Source of the DNA: Fimbriosthenelais zetlandica
Taxonomy: Eukaryota
NCBI GenBank assembly: GCA_977030845.1
Contig: OZ365112.1
Span: forward strand, 13,268,001-13,332,000
Reading direction: 5' to 3'
Length of the DNA stretch: 64,000 bases
Shown one piece after another: positions 1 to 10,993 of this stretch; the first letter of the stretch is position 1, and every line of letters begins with the position of its first letter. The position numbers and the translations under genes are program-made. The notes below the pieces were generated by a model. That model did not search any database. It was given only the letters and a program-made list of their open reading frames with translations, and was not told the DNA's origin.

Positions 1-3000
1 AGGAACACCATGCCCATCTGAAAGATTTTTATTGTTGTACAATAAAATAAACATAAATTGATGAGTGTTTCAAGCCATATTAAGTTAAAGATCTTTAAGC
101 CTTGCCTTCATCTCTTCACTGAGGGACAGACCCCTCTCCATGAATTCCTCCAGTGAGGTCTCAGTCACACCCAGTTTCGCCGGGAGTTCCCTGATCCTCC
201 TGATCACCAGTGGGTTAGATCCCTGGATGAACAGTCGGCCAAAGTCTGGATCCTCCAGGCAGGCGCGACACATGTCTCCCTGCAAATACAACCATGTTTT
301 TCCAATTTGCTCAAAGAACCAACATAAACGTCCTACTCCAATAGAATTAAATTGGAGGGCGATACCCACATAAACGTCCCAATCCAATAGAATTAAATTG
401 GAGGGCGATGCCCACATAAACGTCCTACTCCAATAGAATGATATTGGAGGGCGATACCCACATAAACGTCCCCGAGATTTAAAGGGCTATATCTGTACCT
501 TAATAGAATGATATTGGAGGGCGATACCCACATAAACGTCCCGAGAGAAACGAGATTTAAAGGGCTATATCTGTACCTTAATACCATCAGGAATTTTAGC
601 TGAAGCCTTGGTGATGAAGTGTAGAACATGTTTGATCTTGTTCCACTTCTGCCTAGCCTTGCCTGTGCCAGGATTCTGTCTCGGCATCATACTTGCCTTC
701 TGTCCTGACAGACCTTGAAGTGTGGATTTTGGCCGAGGTTGAGTCGAAACATGTGTACCGGTATCTGAAAATCCAGCAAAAATCATTAATCACCTTCATT
801 CCATGGGTCTATGTAATAAAGACTTTTGTGTTAATGCAAACTGACTTTTAAATTGGAACTCTGCATGGAAATGTCTAATTTAATAGCAATTACTTGATGT
901 GCTACTCTCGCCTTCCCATAGGCTATATCTCCTCCGTCCGCGGGTTGATGGTACAGATCTCAATGATCTAGGGAACCTGTAGTGCTTGTTATGGAGAACC
1001 ATCTCTGTCAGGGGGGCCTCCAGATCCCAGGGTAAACCTGTATACCTTTCAGCTAACAACCTCTCTTCTGCTGGCAGATCCTTCACTGTAACAGCATTGA
1101 TGGTGCTCGGAAGGCCATTTCTCTAAAATGACATTAAAACAATATAGAATAATTACCATTTAGAAATCTATTAAATATTAATAGATATTTTTCAGCAGGT
1201 TTACGGGAAAAGTAAATTACCTTCCGCCATTCATAAGACTGTTGTCGATACCTTATCTCCAGGGCTCTTTCTTGCCTCAGAACTTCATGAGTTTCTTGTG
1301 AAGGCAAACAGACTAAACAAAGATAAAGTTAACATCGGACATTATTGTATTCATACTAATTCCTGAAATATACTGCTATTTGTCAATAGAATAATATAAG
1401 TATCTAAAGTTTTAGATCAAAAATTGTCTTCCTAATAAATGGTCCAGGTATATAAAATTGGGTTTAAATAGTTTTGCACTGAATAATGTAAAAGCCACAC
1501 ATTACATTGTATATATAATAGTGTATACCATTGCCAGGCCTGAGGGTGATTTTTGAGGTGACCACTCTGTAACAGGGGAAGAAGATGGTCTGTGTATTGT
1601 CCATGTTGGTCAGACTCACATAACGCAGCATCCAGTCAGTAGTCAGCTGACGGTGTCGTACACCCAACGTCACCACCAGAATATCTCCCACGTCCTCGAC
1701 GTCAATCCTATAGCTACCCTTTTCTTCACTACTATCATGTCCATCTAACCTACGATCCAAGCGAGAAGCAACTGTCCGGCCAACCACACCTGCAATGAGT
1801 TTACACAATAATCATCTTTTTACATTTAACTTCCTTGGATATTCCTAACAATTTCTTACCCACTTTCTGGGAATATAACAAACTGAAACAGCAGGGTGCA
1901 ACACGACAAAGAATACACAACACATTAGCATTCTTTTTTCAGTAATTATTACTCACCTGTCAGTGTTATGAATACATCTACCATTCCACCTTTCCTTGTA
2001 TTCCCAGTGCTCAAGGTAACAATATAGGACACCATATTACTAGAAGGCCCGGGTCCTTCCCTCCTAGTGGTGAGGTTGATTTGGTTCATGTTTTTCAGTT
2101 CCAGTGTGGTGTACATGTTTGAATATGAGTAGTGGTAACTCTTGAAGTCCCACATAGAGGAAGGGGGCTGGATACAGAGACATTGGGGTCGGTTGACGAT
2201 GTTAAACGCTGTCCTGTTGACCGAAGTCGTATGAAGAGTAGTTGTGAAAATAAGATCCATTAAATCGAGCCAAGGGTGCTCTTTCTCATCCCAAATCTGA
2301 AAAATTATAAATCATGGTATGTGTTATTTTCGAAATACGGGTAATTATGGATTATAAGTATTATTTATAGTGGAAAAGTTCACACATTTTGTGGATTCCA
2401 GAGGTGTTCATCATCATTCACATTGCCCAGCATGTTGTGGATCTGGATCTGGAGGGAGTAGTGTATAGGACCATCATGTAGGCTCCTCACAAAACCTGAC
2501 CTCAGGTAATCCGCGGCCTTCCGGTTCCTCTCATCCCGCCCAAGCCCCCATGGTGTGTGCTGATCTTCAGGGCTGAGAAGGCCTGCAATCATTGGCATGG
2601 AATTGTGAATTAATCAATTACTGATATTTGCTAAATGAAAAGAAGAACTGAAAAATCTACTCTGACATTACCTGTTTCAGCATGGGTGCTGTTTGTAGGT
2701 ATGAGTCTGAATTTGATCATCCTGGGCTTCCCATCTTTAGTGACCAGCATGTATGGAAGTTGACTGTGGTAGTGCAGGTTGTTATAGGAAAATGGCGACC
2801 GCCTCAGACAGTCCACTAGTGCGAAAAAACTGTAGGCAAGAGATTCACTTTATTATACATCCATTCTCTAGGGGAAATAGGGATAATTTTTCCAATGAAA
2901 TATAGTTCCGTCTTCACAAGGCTATCTTGTACTACAAACAGTTAGAGATATATCATAGTGTATGGGAAAGGGGCTTACTAGTTCGGGTCCTTTTCACAGA

Positions 3001-4447
3001 GAGCTTGTATCTGGTGAGAGGAGGTGGAGGAGAGCACCTCGTAGAAGGTCTTACAGTTTCTGGCTAGCGCCGTCCTGCCAGTAAACAGGATGAGATCCAG
3101 AGGTCCGTCCTCATTCTGATCAGCAAACTTCAGAGCTGCTTGACGGACACAAGACGCAGCGTCATCCTCACATCTCACACCACAATGTCTACAGGAGAAA
3201 GAGTTCAAGTATAAGTACCAAAAATTTGGCACGGGAACCTTAGCAATATAGACAACCTGAAGCAATGTTTCCCGTGTCGTCCATACAAAATATAATAAAA
3301 TAGCAAGTTTTCCAATGTAGGCCTATGTTTAGCTTACCTTAGCCTTACTCGAAATCGTCTGTCTTTTGTGAAGAAATGATTCTCGGGTATAGCAGGATGA
3401 GGGCGGATGACAGCATAACCCATGGCGCCCACGGCATTACAATGTAGGGCCCCAGTACTGGAGGAAGTTATCAACTTCTTAATTTTAGACGATATATAAG
3501 ACAGACGGGCCTTACTGCCAAAACCAGTCTTGTGCTTCTGTAATAAAAACAAGAAAATTATATTGTTTTTACATATTTTTTTTTTTTTTGGGGGGGGGGG
3601 GATTGTATATCTTATAATTAATTAATTACTTTATTTTATTTCCGATTAGATATATATTATTTTTAGAAGGAAATATAAACTACAATCAAATAACTTTCTA
3701 ATTACGTAATAGACCTATCAGATATTGGTATGCATGTCACCATGACCCATGCCAATTACGGTGCTTTTTAAGAACATTATTTCTCGCTCATGAACTTGAT
3801 CATAAGGCAGGGTAATCATATTCCAGAAGGAATCGGCTTAAAGCATGCGGTCAAGTACATGACTTTATTGCAGATCAAGGTCGAGAATACTTAAGAAATT
3901 TAGAAGTGCACTAATTAACCAGTGTGTAGGTAGGAGTCATTTAGGAAAAGTTTCACATGTTAAACATTTTCTGCGGTCTGTGATTTTCCCTAAATATCTT
4001 TAATATCCGAAAAAAGTATTATGCTCATACACACCTTATTGCATTGGGTCACTCTCCTGAGGAATCTTTCACGTCCCAGCATATTCTCACTTATTTCCAG
4101 AGCCTGGTTTCTCCACGGTTCCTCATTCTCAAACACCTGATCCTCCAGGCTGTGGCTGTACAAATAAAAGACAAATTTTACAGTTAAACTTCCTTTTATG
4201 AAGGCAAATATTATCATGTGAAAGACACATTAATATTAAGTTCTTGGTCAAGTTTTGAAATTTAATTACGTAGAAAATCTGCTGAAAATCTATGATCAGA
4301 CCTGTCGAAATCTTCTGAAGTCTCTTCTAAAATAATCTCCATTTTCTTCGTGTCGTAACGGCTGTATGTGGGAAAGACAATGCTTCTCTGCTGTCTTTGC
4401 TGACACTCTCCCGCCTGGTCACTGCAGTCATCTCTCAAAACCTCCAT
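1..4447 (-). CDS. Catalase-like allene oxide synthase-PLAT-lipoxygenase fusion protein (AOS-LOX family), 3'-truncated at the window edge
   Basis: Phase-consistent exons: 4302-4447, 4035-4155, 3338-3537, 2979-3188, 2672-2829, 2386-2582, 1957-2296, 1529-1789, 1221-1312, 894-1122, 577-764, 106-279, 1-17 (partial). Catalase-like motifs ALHCNAVGAMG, VRLRHC, LKFADQNEDGPLDL, LRRSP..YHSQ, YSLQIQIH, WDEKEHPWLDL and TAFNIVNRP; PLAT motifs YIVTLSTG..DVFITLTG and DWML..FPCYR; LOX motifs RQQSYEW, DLPAEER and EDPDFGRLFIQGSNP. These are colinear with the recalled coral (Plexaura homomalla) AOS-8R-LOX. The start at 4447 is the first ATG after an in-frame stop, but an upstream exon is possible. Confidence 0.92.
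322..583. repeat. 46-bp minisatellite array in a LOX-domain intron
   Basis: The unit ACATAAACGTCCTACTCCAATAGAATTAAATTGGAGGGCGATACCC starts at 322, 368, 414, 460 and 530. Complete units contain CTCCAAT-N8-ATTGGAG. A 33-bp segment is duplicated at 473-505 and 551-583. Confidence 0.95.
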
Positions 4448-5414
4448 ATGTTCGTTATCATGATCTTTAAATCAACAGGGTATAAGAGGTACAAACAGCA
4501 TAGCACATGGTAATATGATCACATACCGATCAGTATCGTCTATAATAAGTCGTCAGTCAGAATCAGGTGCTCTCCATTCATGAACATGACCAAAAATCCC
4601 CGGTTATAAACACCTTCTATTACTTTTAAAACAACTTTCACACTGATACGATCAGAAAGGTGAATGCGGCCCTAACGTGATTGATATCAATGCGTTCATT
4701 CGTGATAACTGATCAGATTATAGATGAGAGCTAAGCCATGTATAAGGCTGAAAACAGCTTAGAAACAATCCATTGCATCATAATTCGCAAAAAAATGTGA
4801 TGTTTTTTCTAGCCTCAGGGAAATAAAATACCCTTACAACTCGGTCACTTTGGGTCATTTAAAAAAACAAAGCAAATATATGATAATCGTTAAAGATATG
4901 ATTGATCAAAAGTGTACATTAAATTATTTTATGTCTCTTTAAAGCATTTCTTTTCAACACTTAAAACATAGGGGCTAACGGGGTCTCAGTAACACCTCTC
5001 ACTCAGGAAAAAACAAAGCACGCGATTAGGAAAAGTACATACACAAGACTTATAGTTCATTCCTGAACAAGTGAAATAGGATTTAGTATACACATGACAA
5101 AATCCGTTTGCACTGGCATTGAAAAATCACATGGGAGGGGTCAAATAATGCGCGGATGGGGTATAGTTGTATAACGATTTCTCACATATATAAGGCCACT
5201 GAGCTAGTGGCAATCACCTGAATGTCATTAGATAAGAGGAAAGAGAAGTAAATTTATAGGACTGATGCGTCATTTATTCAACTACATGTATTATGATTAA
5301 CTACATACAGATATACACACTGTGACACATACGGAAGAAAAACTATTCTCGTGCACCTATCACTCCTTGAATAATATTGTAGGTTTAAAAAGGAGTTTGT
5401 TACTTATTCAAGTC

Positions 5415-6611
5415 TCAATAACGATACAGCCTAAGATTCTGTAAGCCTAGTTGGAGCGAAAGATCATTACTATAACTATCAGTAGTAGATGCACTAGTAG
5501 CCCTGGACCCTCCTTCAGACTCCTCATCCCTTATACTAAACCTTTTCTTGTACAGCTCCTTTAAAGGCGATTTATTGCCGTTCTTCCAACCATTTCCCCA
5601 GGCATTTAAAGCTGATTCATTCTTAATTTCATCAGTAGAATCTGAACTAACTTTATCATTTATCTTGATAGACACAATGCTATTCTCAACAAAAGAAGAC
5701 TGAGGTTTATCAAACAGAGTATTGGATACATCTGAGCCATCGTCGGCATTTCTGTTGGTTCTGTCAATTTTGAACTGAAGCTTACACCCTTCGTCTTCTT
5801 TCAGCTCAGGTAAGGAGGATTTGGACCCATTATATTTGCTCATGACACTCGGCGAATGAGGGTTTGGCAAAGGTTTATCTTTATCGAGCAATATCTTGTA
5901 AGGCTTCCATTTTGGCTTTGTGAAATCAACTACAACGTCTTCTTCCAGACCACTGAAAAAGCCAGCAAAGCAATCCCCATCCTTGTCAGTTTTGTCTTTA
6001 GTTTTCTCCAAGAAAGTATCAAATCTCCTTTTCACATCTTCTTGTATTGAACTTGGGCTTGGTTTAGGGAGTAACGGAGGTTTCTTATAGGCAGAGTTAA
6101 CAAGGTTGCGCCATGGAGCATTCTTTTTTATTGGCCGAGTATATTGGGACTGACGCAGCACATCACGAACTGATTCCATTATTTCAGCCGGAGTTTTCTC
6201 CATCTCGAACCAGGCAATGTTTTCAACACTTCCTCCCATAGCAGACCCGTCAGACAGGCGATGCATCGACATTCTAGTCGAGTCATGAAACGTCATACTT
6301 CTAGAATCCATTTTACTGCCAACTTGATTGACCTTTCTAAAATTCTGAAGCGAAAGTTTTCTTTTTCTTCCCTCTATTTCTATCTGCCTTGGTAATTCCT
6401 CGTCAAAATATATTCGGCGAATATCGCACTTCATTGTGTAAAGTTTATGACGTAATTTCCTGTCATAATCGTTGAGACGCTGATGGAGGACGAGACCTTG
6501 TTGGTGGTTTTTACGGTGTGCTCGCAGCATCCGGTCACTATTGGATACCAGGTCTATCACTTGTACTGGTCGCCCCACTGTCTCCCCTTTTCGTCGTCGA
6601 CAGCGCGACAT
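5415..6611 (-). CDS. Intronless uncharacterised protein (~398 aa); N-terminal basic coiled coil (possibly CCDC190/DUF4697-like), rest low-complexity
   Basis: Uninterrupted ORF of about 1.2 kb in AT-rich DNA. The track start at 6626 is GTG; the first ATG is at 6611. The segment HRKNHQQGLVLHQRLNDYDRKLRHKLYTMKCDIRR looks like a coiled coil. The family assignment is tentative. Confidence 0.75.
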   Translation of the reverse strand: MSRCRRRKGETVGRPVQVIDLVSNSDRMLRAHRKNHQQGLVLHQRLNDYDRKLRHKLYTMKCDIRRIYFDEELPRQIEIEGRKRKLSLQNFRKVNQVGSKMDSRSMTFHDSTRMSMHRLSDGSAMGGSVENIAWFEMEKTPAEIMESVRDVLRQSQYTRPIKKNAPWRNLVNSAYKKPPLLPKPSPSSIQEDVKRRFDTFLEKTKDKTDKDGDCFAGFFSGLEEDVVVDFTKPKWKPYKILLDKDKPLPNPHSPSVMSKYNGSKSSLPELKEDEGCKLQFKIDRTNRNADDGSDVSNTLFDKPQSSFVENSIVSIKINDKVSSDSTDEIKNESALNAWGNGWKNGNKSPLKELYKKRFSIRDEESEGGSRATSASTTDSYSNDLSLQLGLQNLRLYRY

Positions 6612-7912
6612 GTCCCCACAGTTCACTTTCCTCCAAATGTCGAAAGAAAATTATCCACAGACACGGGAGAAAACCAAATAAAAGCTAGCTTTTGTAGCCT
6701 ATCTGAATTTTCTATTTCTCCACCTGGTTTGCGAAAGTATTATGTTGTCGCAGAAACTGCTATTTATCCAAGGTAAATCATAAATCAGTCAGTCCCTTAT
6801 GAATCCTTGGTGAAGATTGAACTTTGTATTGCAGTGACAAGAATGATATCCTAAGGGAAATAGCCAAGGGAAATGCGCCTTCATTCAATACGAATTTACC
6901 TCTGATGAAAAAGGGGTGGGGGGAGAGCTGGTATTCAGCCATGTGTGGTAAACTGTGACAAGTATAATGGGAAATGTATTTTATCATGTATATTATAAGT
7001 ATGTCTAAGTATATGCTGCTTTATCTCGCCCTTCAAACTGACTAGGATCCCGTCCTGGGTATTGGCACAGGGTTTGTCACACCCCGGCATGGGTCTTGCC
7101 ACTAGCTTGGTGAGAGACCAATATTAGTTTGGAAGATCTACCAGTTTGGAGAATTGTTTTACACAAGCCTATCACAAGCTTGGTGGCATAAACATGATAC
7201 TGCTTAGCTGTTAAAAAATATATATGAACTTAAAAAATTGATGAAGATAACCAAAAATATTTGTATAGATCTATTCATATATGTCCAATTGACATACTGC
7301 ATTTATACTATTTTTTCCATTGTACAAACAGATTTATTTAAGTATTGGAACAGCGCTACAAACACCTAAAGTCCCTACCATAGCCAACCATTAAAACTTG
7401 CAATAAACAGAAAGCAAAATTGCTCCACAGTTGGTCTTACCGGTAATGAATGACGTACAGGACCAGCAGGTTACCGAAGACATAACTAACAGTTTATCTA
7501 GCACTTTGGTCACTGTTACCAATAGTTACGACTTTTAACACTAGAGACATTCCCCAAATAAAAACCATCCAATAGAATCCAAGATTCATCCAGACATCAG
7601 GCACAAAATGTGCAGCCCTAAGATCTAAACAGGGATAATCTATCAGGACATTGTGCCTTAACAGTCAATACGTAAAACGTGGAAACTTTCCAGGGTCTGG
7701 GAATGGACTTGATTCAAATAATCCATACAATCAGCAAGGATACATAAGGATACTAATTCAAATAGAACATCCAAATATCAAATAGATAGTATTGGACTTT
7801 CAAGCGAAGAGTCAAATTTAATTTAGTATTAAATATTATACTAAATGGTACACGTTCCATGGGGATATCAAACTGAGGAAGGATACAAAACTTCTCTCCA
7901 CAAACGAGAAGT

Positions 7913-10900
7913 ATGCATTTTGTTACAACAAGAAATACCACAAGTGACATTCAGCCTTACATTTCTGAGTTTCAAAGCATTAAGGATGACAAGAGGTCAT
8001 TGGATAGCCCAGCTGCTGGGTTCCCATCAGACACTGCATGTTCAACCCAGCCCTATTTTCCTTACTGTCTCAACATAAAGAAAATGACCATTGATGAAAA
8101 GTCAACATCACCGGCTTCGATCCCAGGCAAAAGTCCTTTTAATACATTGCCAGTTTCTCTATCAGTTTCAAGTGGAGTTTCCCCTGTCATAGGACGAAAG
8201 GGCAAGCCAGATATTGAGGCATGCTTGTCTGTAACGCCCACAAAACTACCACAATTAGGACCCACGAAGGATCCAACAGTGGAAAGAATGCCAACACCAA
8301 GTTCTCATAGCAACCGCACAGGAGAGGGAGCTTGTTCAACTAATTCACCAATCAACTCCAAGACACCAGTAAGTCGTTTGTCTATGGAAGCAAAGAAAAT
8401 ATCATCAGCTTTCCCTCCTGGCAGGGGAGTGAGATCACCAGAAAAGTTTCTAGATGTCTATCAACATAGGGAGCAGAGTTTTGGTGGTAATTTTTTAGAA
8501 GTGAGTGGATCCATTAAGTATATGCACATAAAGACCGATGCAGATGAAAATCCTAGGAGCAGTGTTACAAACACACCCTACCCCTTGATCAAACAAGCGC
8601 GCTTTTCTGAGGATATCAACATTGAAGTTTCTGATGCCACCGAAAGGCTTCTTACTAGAGGAGAGGGTTATCGCTTACAAAACCTCCCAACAGTCACACT
8701 GCCTATATTGTCTATTGCTGAAAAACAAATGAGGGTAAACGTCCCCCCAAAGTTTCCACCCTTGAGGCAATTATCGTATTCGCCATCATTGAGTGACGGG
8801 GGAAAGCGTAAAGAGAGGGAACAAGATCGTCTGAGGAACCAAGTGTTGCAAAAAGCTCTAGCCTTAGGTCCAGAAAAGATATTGAAGGAATTAGATTCAC
8901 AGGAACATGTTCAGACTGACAGCTTCAATTTGAGAAAGGAATATGGGAAAAATCTAGAAAGAAACTGGTACCAACAGATGTTGGAGGACGAGAGAGCCCT
9001 AGAAGAACATAGAAAGTTCGTCAGATTGTGTCAGTTATATAAGCTAGACAGGTCACTGGATGAATTCTATATGTCTTTCTATAGCTCTGGCTCGGACTCA
9101 GAAGATGAAGTGGCTATTTTAGAACGTGAGGCTAATGGTAGCATGTCTGATGACGATATGATGAGGCATGGTACTGACATGGAGGCCCCCCTCATCAGGT
9201 TCGCCTCCACTGATGTGCTGGTCAGTGATCAAAGTGAGCATTCAGGTTCTGATATTGAGGTGGTCATGAAAGACAAATTAATGGACAGAAAAGTCAAATA
9301 CAAGATGAGAAAACATCGTAAAAGGAGAGAAGCCCGGTATAAACTGTTGTTTGGAGCCGAGCAGGAGGCTGAACAAAGAAAGGTTGAGTTTGATGAGGGT
9401 GGGTTATACATGTCTGACACTGAGATCAGAGCCATGAGACTCAAACTGAAGAGAGCTGAAGAAGATGAAGAACTTGGCTATAATGAGACATGCACCATAG
9501 CTGAATTGAAACAAGAGGTCATGAATGTCCTCAGCAAACTGAATAGAAAAGATAAAGGAAAATCCAAGAAGAGGAAGAAAAAAACGGAGAAAGATTGGGA
9601 TAAAAATAGAGGATATGGCCCACACATAAAAGAAAGCATGTATGACAGGTTCCTGAAGGAATATGGCCATCTACTTGAAGGATATAAAGTAGACCCAATT
9701 TCAGACGAATCAGACTCTGACGTCGAAGAATTTAACCCAACAGTTAATTATGTCACTGATAATGGTTTGCAGCAGACACTATCAGCTGGAAGTACAGGCC
9801 AAGCCACCACAATACTCCCAAGACTGAATTTCAGTTATAGTCCACTGATATCAGTACATGTCGCTAGCGACAACACACCAACCGTGACAGATATAGACGG
9901 GACAGTGACACACAACCGGGTGAAAAAGAAGAAGGCTAGAGTTCAGAAAGTCCTCAAGAATTTGTATGAGGATTCTAATGGACTTCTCCAGCAGTTAGAT
10001 ACCACAACACCTGTCAAGGTCCCACGGTCAGTCCGACGTCGACGTACCAGTGACCCTGGAGTCCACGAGGGTAAGATGCTAGTCCAGAAGTTTATCATAG
10101 AAACAGAGGAGGACTTGAAGGAACGACTAGAAGCAATTCAGGAGGAGGCTGAACGTAAAAAGAAAAACAAGAAAAGGAAAAAGAAAAAGAAAGCAAAGAA
10201 GGAGGAGCAGAAATTAGAGCAAACTGATAAATTGGAAGAAAGCAGTGTGAATGAGGCTGTAGAAGAAAAAGGCAGTCGTTCAAGCTGTTGTAATCGGACA
10301 GAAAATTTGGATGACGAATTTAAAGACAAACCCATCAGGCGCACCCAGAGTTTCCGACACTTCAGGATGTACAAAGACAAAAAGATCTCACTGAGAGAGC
10401 TGACTAAAGGATATGATTTCCCCGGTAAGGAGGTGAAACTGGAGATCGCTGAGAGAAGACTACAGAGACAGAGGGTGAGGAAGGGGAAGATAAATGCCAG
10501 AGAAATAAGGGAGAGAGTTGAAGACAAAAACCGAGAGGAAAGGAGGAAGCTGATTGCACTGGCCAAGGCTGAGTACCTAAAACATCTACAGAAGGCCAGG
10601 GTTGAGTGTGGCATAGTCACCAACGATACCGACACAGAGCAATCCAACTCGGGCAATGAAACCTCAGGTGGAAGGAGAAAATCTGTCTGGAAAAACACAG
10701 TGAGAAGGAGATCCAATGGACTTCTAGCTGAACTGAATCCCAAGCCCGATTACAAAGCTTTAGTGATGAACTCACCTTATTTGATCACAGGGGTGTCATG
10801 GAATCATGAGACCGAGAAAACAGAGTTGAGCCAGGAGGAGGTCGAGGAAGAGGTAGAGCAAGTGACAGAGTTGTTACTAGAAATGAAGGACTGCAGGTAT

Positions 10901-10993
10901 ATACGTTGGAGCAAAATCCAACAAAGGATCATAGACCGTATCAATGAACTAGAGCTTCAACAGCTTGATTATGATTACCCATCCGATGATTGA
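7913..10993 (+). CDS. Intronless uncharacterised 1026-aa charged/coiled-coil protein with poly-Lys NLS-like tracts and a C-terminal CRY(I/L)R motif
   Basis: 3.08 kb ORF from ATG 7913 to TGA 10993. S/P/T-rich N-terminus, acidic patches, K/R runs (KKKNKKRKKKKKAKK) and C-terminal EMKDCRYIRW. No RT, integrase or transposase motifs seen. Confidence 0.85.
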   Translation: MHFVTTRNTTSDIQPYISEFQSIKDDKRSLDSPAAGFPSDTACSTQPYFPYCLNIKKMTIDEKSTSPASIPGKSPFNTLPVSLSVSSGVSPVIGRKGKPDIEACLSVTPTKLPQLGPTKDPTVERMPTPSSHSNRTGEGACSTNSPINSKTPVSRLSMEAKKISSAFPPGRGVRSPEKFLDVYQHREQSFGGNFLEVSGSIKYMHIKTDADENPRSSVTNTPYPLIKQARFSEDINIEVSDATERLLTRGEGYRLQNLPTVTLPILSIAEKQMRVNVPPKFPPLRQLSYSPSLSDGGKRKEREQDRLRNQVLQKALALGPEKILKELDSQEHVQTDSFNLRKEYGKNLERNWYQQMLEDERALEEHRKFVRLCQLYKLDRSLDEFYMSFYSSGSDSEDEVAILEREANGSMSDDDMMRHGTDMEAPLIRFASTDVLVSDQSEHSGSDIEVVMKDKLMDRKVKYKMRKHRKRREARYKLLFGAEQEAEQRKVEFDEGGLYMSDTEIRAMRLKLKRAEEDEELGYNETCTIAELKQEVMNVLSKLNRKDKGKSKKRKKKTEKDWDKNRGYGPHIKESMYDRFLKEYGHLLEGYKVDPISDESDSDVEEFNPTVNYVTDNGLQQTLSAGSTGQATTILPRLNFSYSPLISVHVASDNTPTVTDIDGTVTHNRVKKKKARVQKVLKNLYEDSNGLLQQLDTTTPVKVPRSVRRRRTSDPGVHEGKMLVQKFIIETEEDLKERLEAIQEEAERKKKNKKRKKKKKAKKEEQKLEQTDKLEESSVNEAVEEKGSRSSCCNRTENLDDEFKDKPIRRTQSFRHFRMYKDKKISLRELTKGYDFPGKEVKLEIAERRLQRQRVRKGKINAREIRERVEDKNREERRKLIALAKAEYLKHLQKARVECGIVTNDTDTEQSNSGNETSGGRRKSVWKNTVRRRSNGLLAELNPKPDYKALVMNSPYLITGVSWNHETEKTELSQEEVEEEVEQVTELLLEMKDCRYIRWSKIQQRIIDRINELELQQLDYDYPSDD

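Noticed and set aside
322-583. CRISPR-like array (regular repeats with an internal palindrome)
   Set aside because: The units are contiguous with no unique spacers, no cas genes are present, and the array lies in a spliceosomal intron; it is a minisatellite.
3577-3600. Abutting poly-T and poly-G run
   Set aside because: A simple intronic homopolymer of unreliable length.
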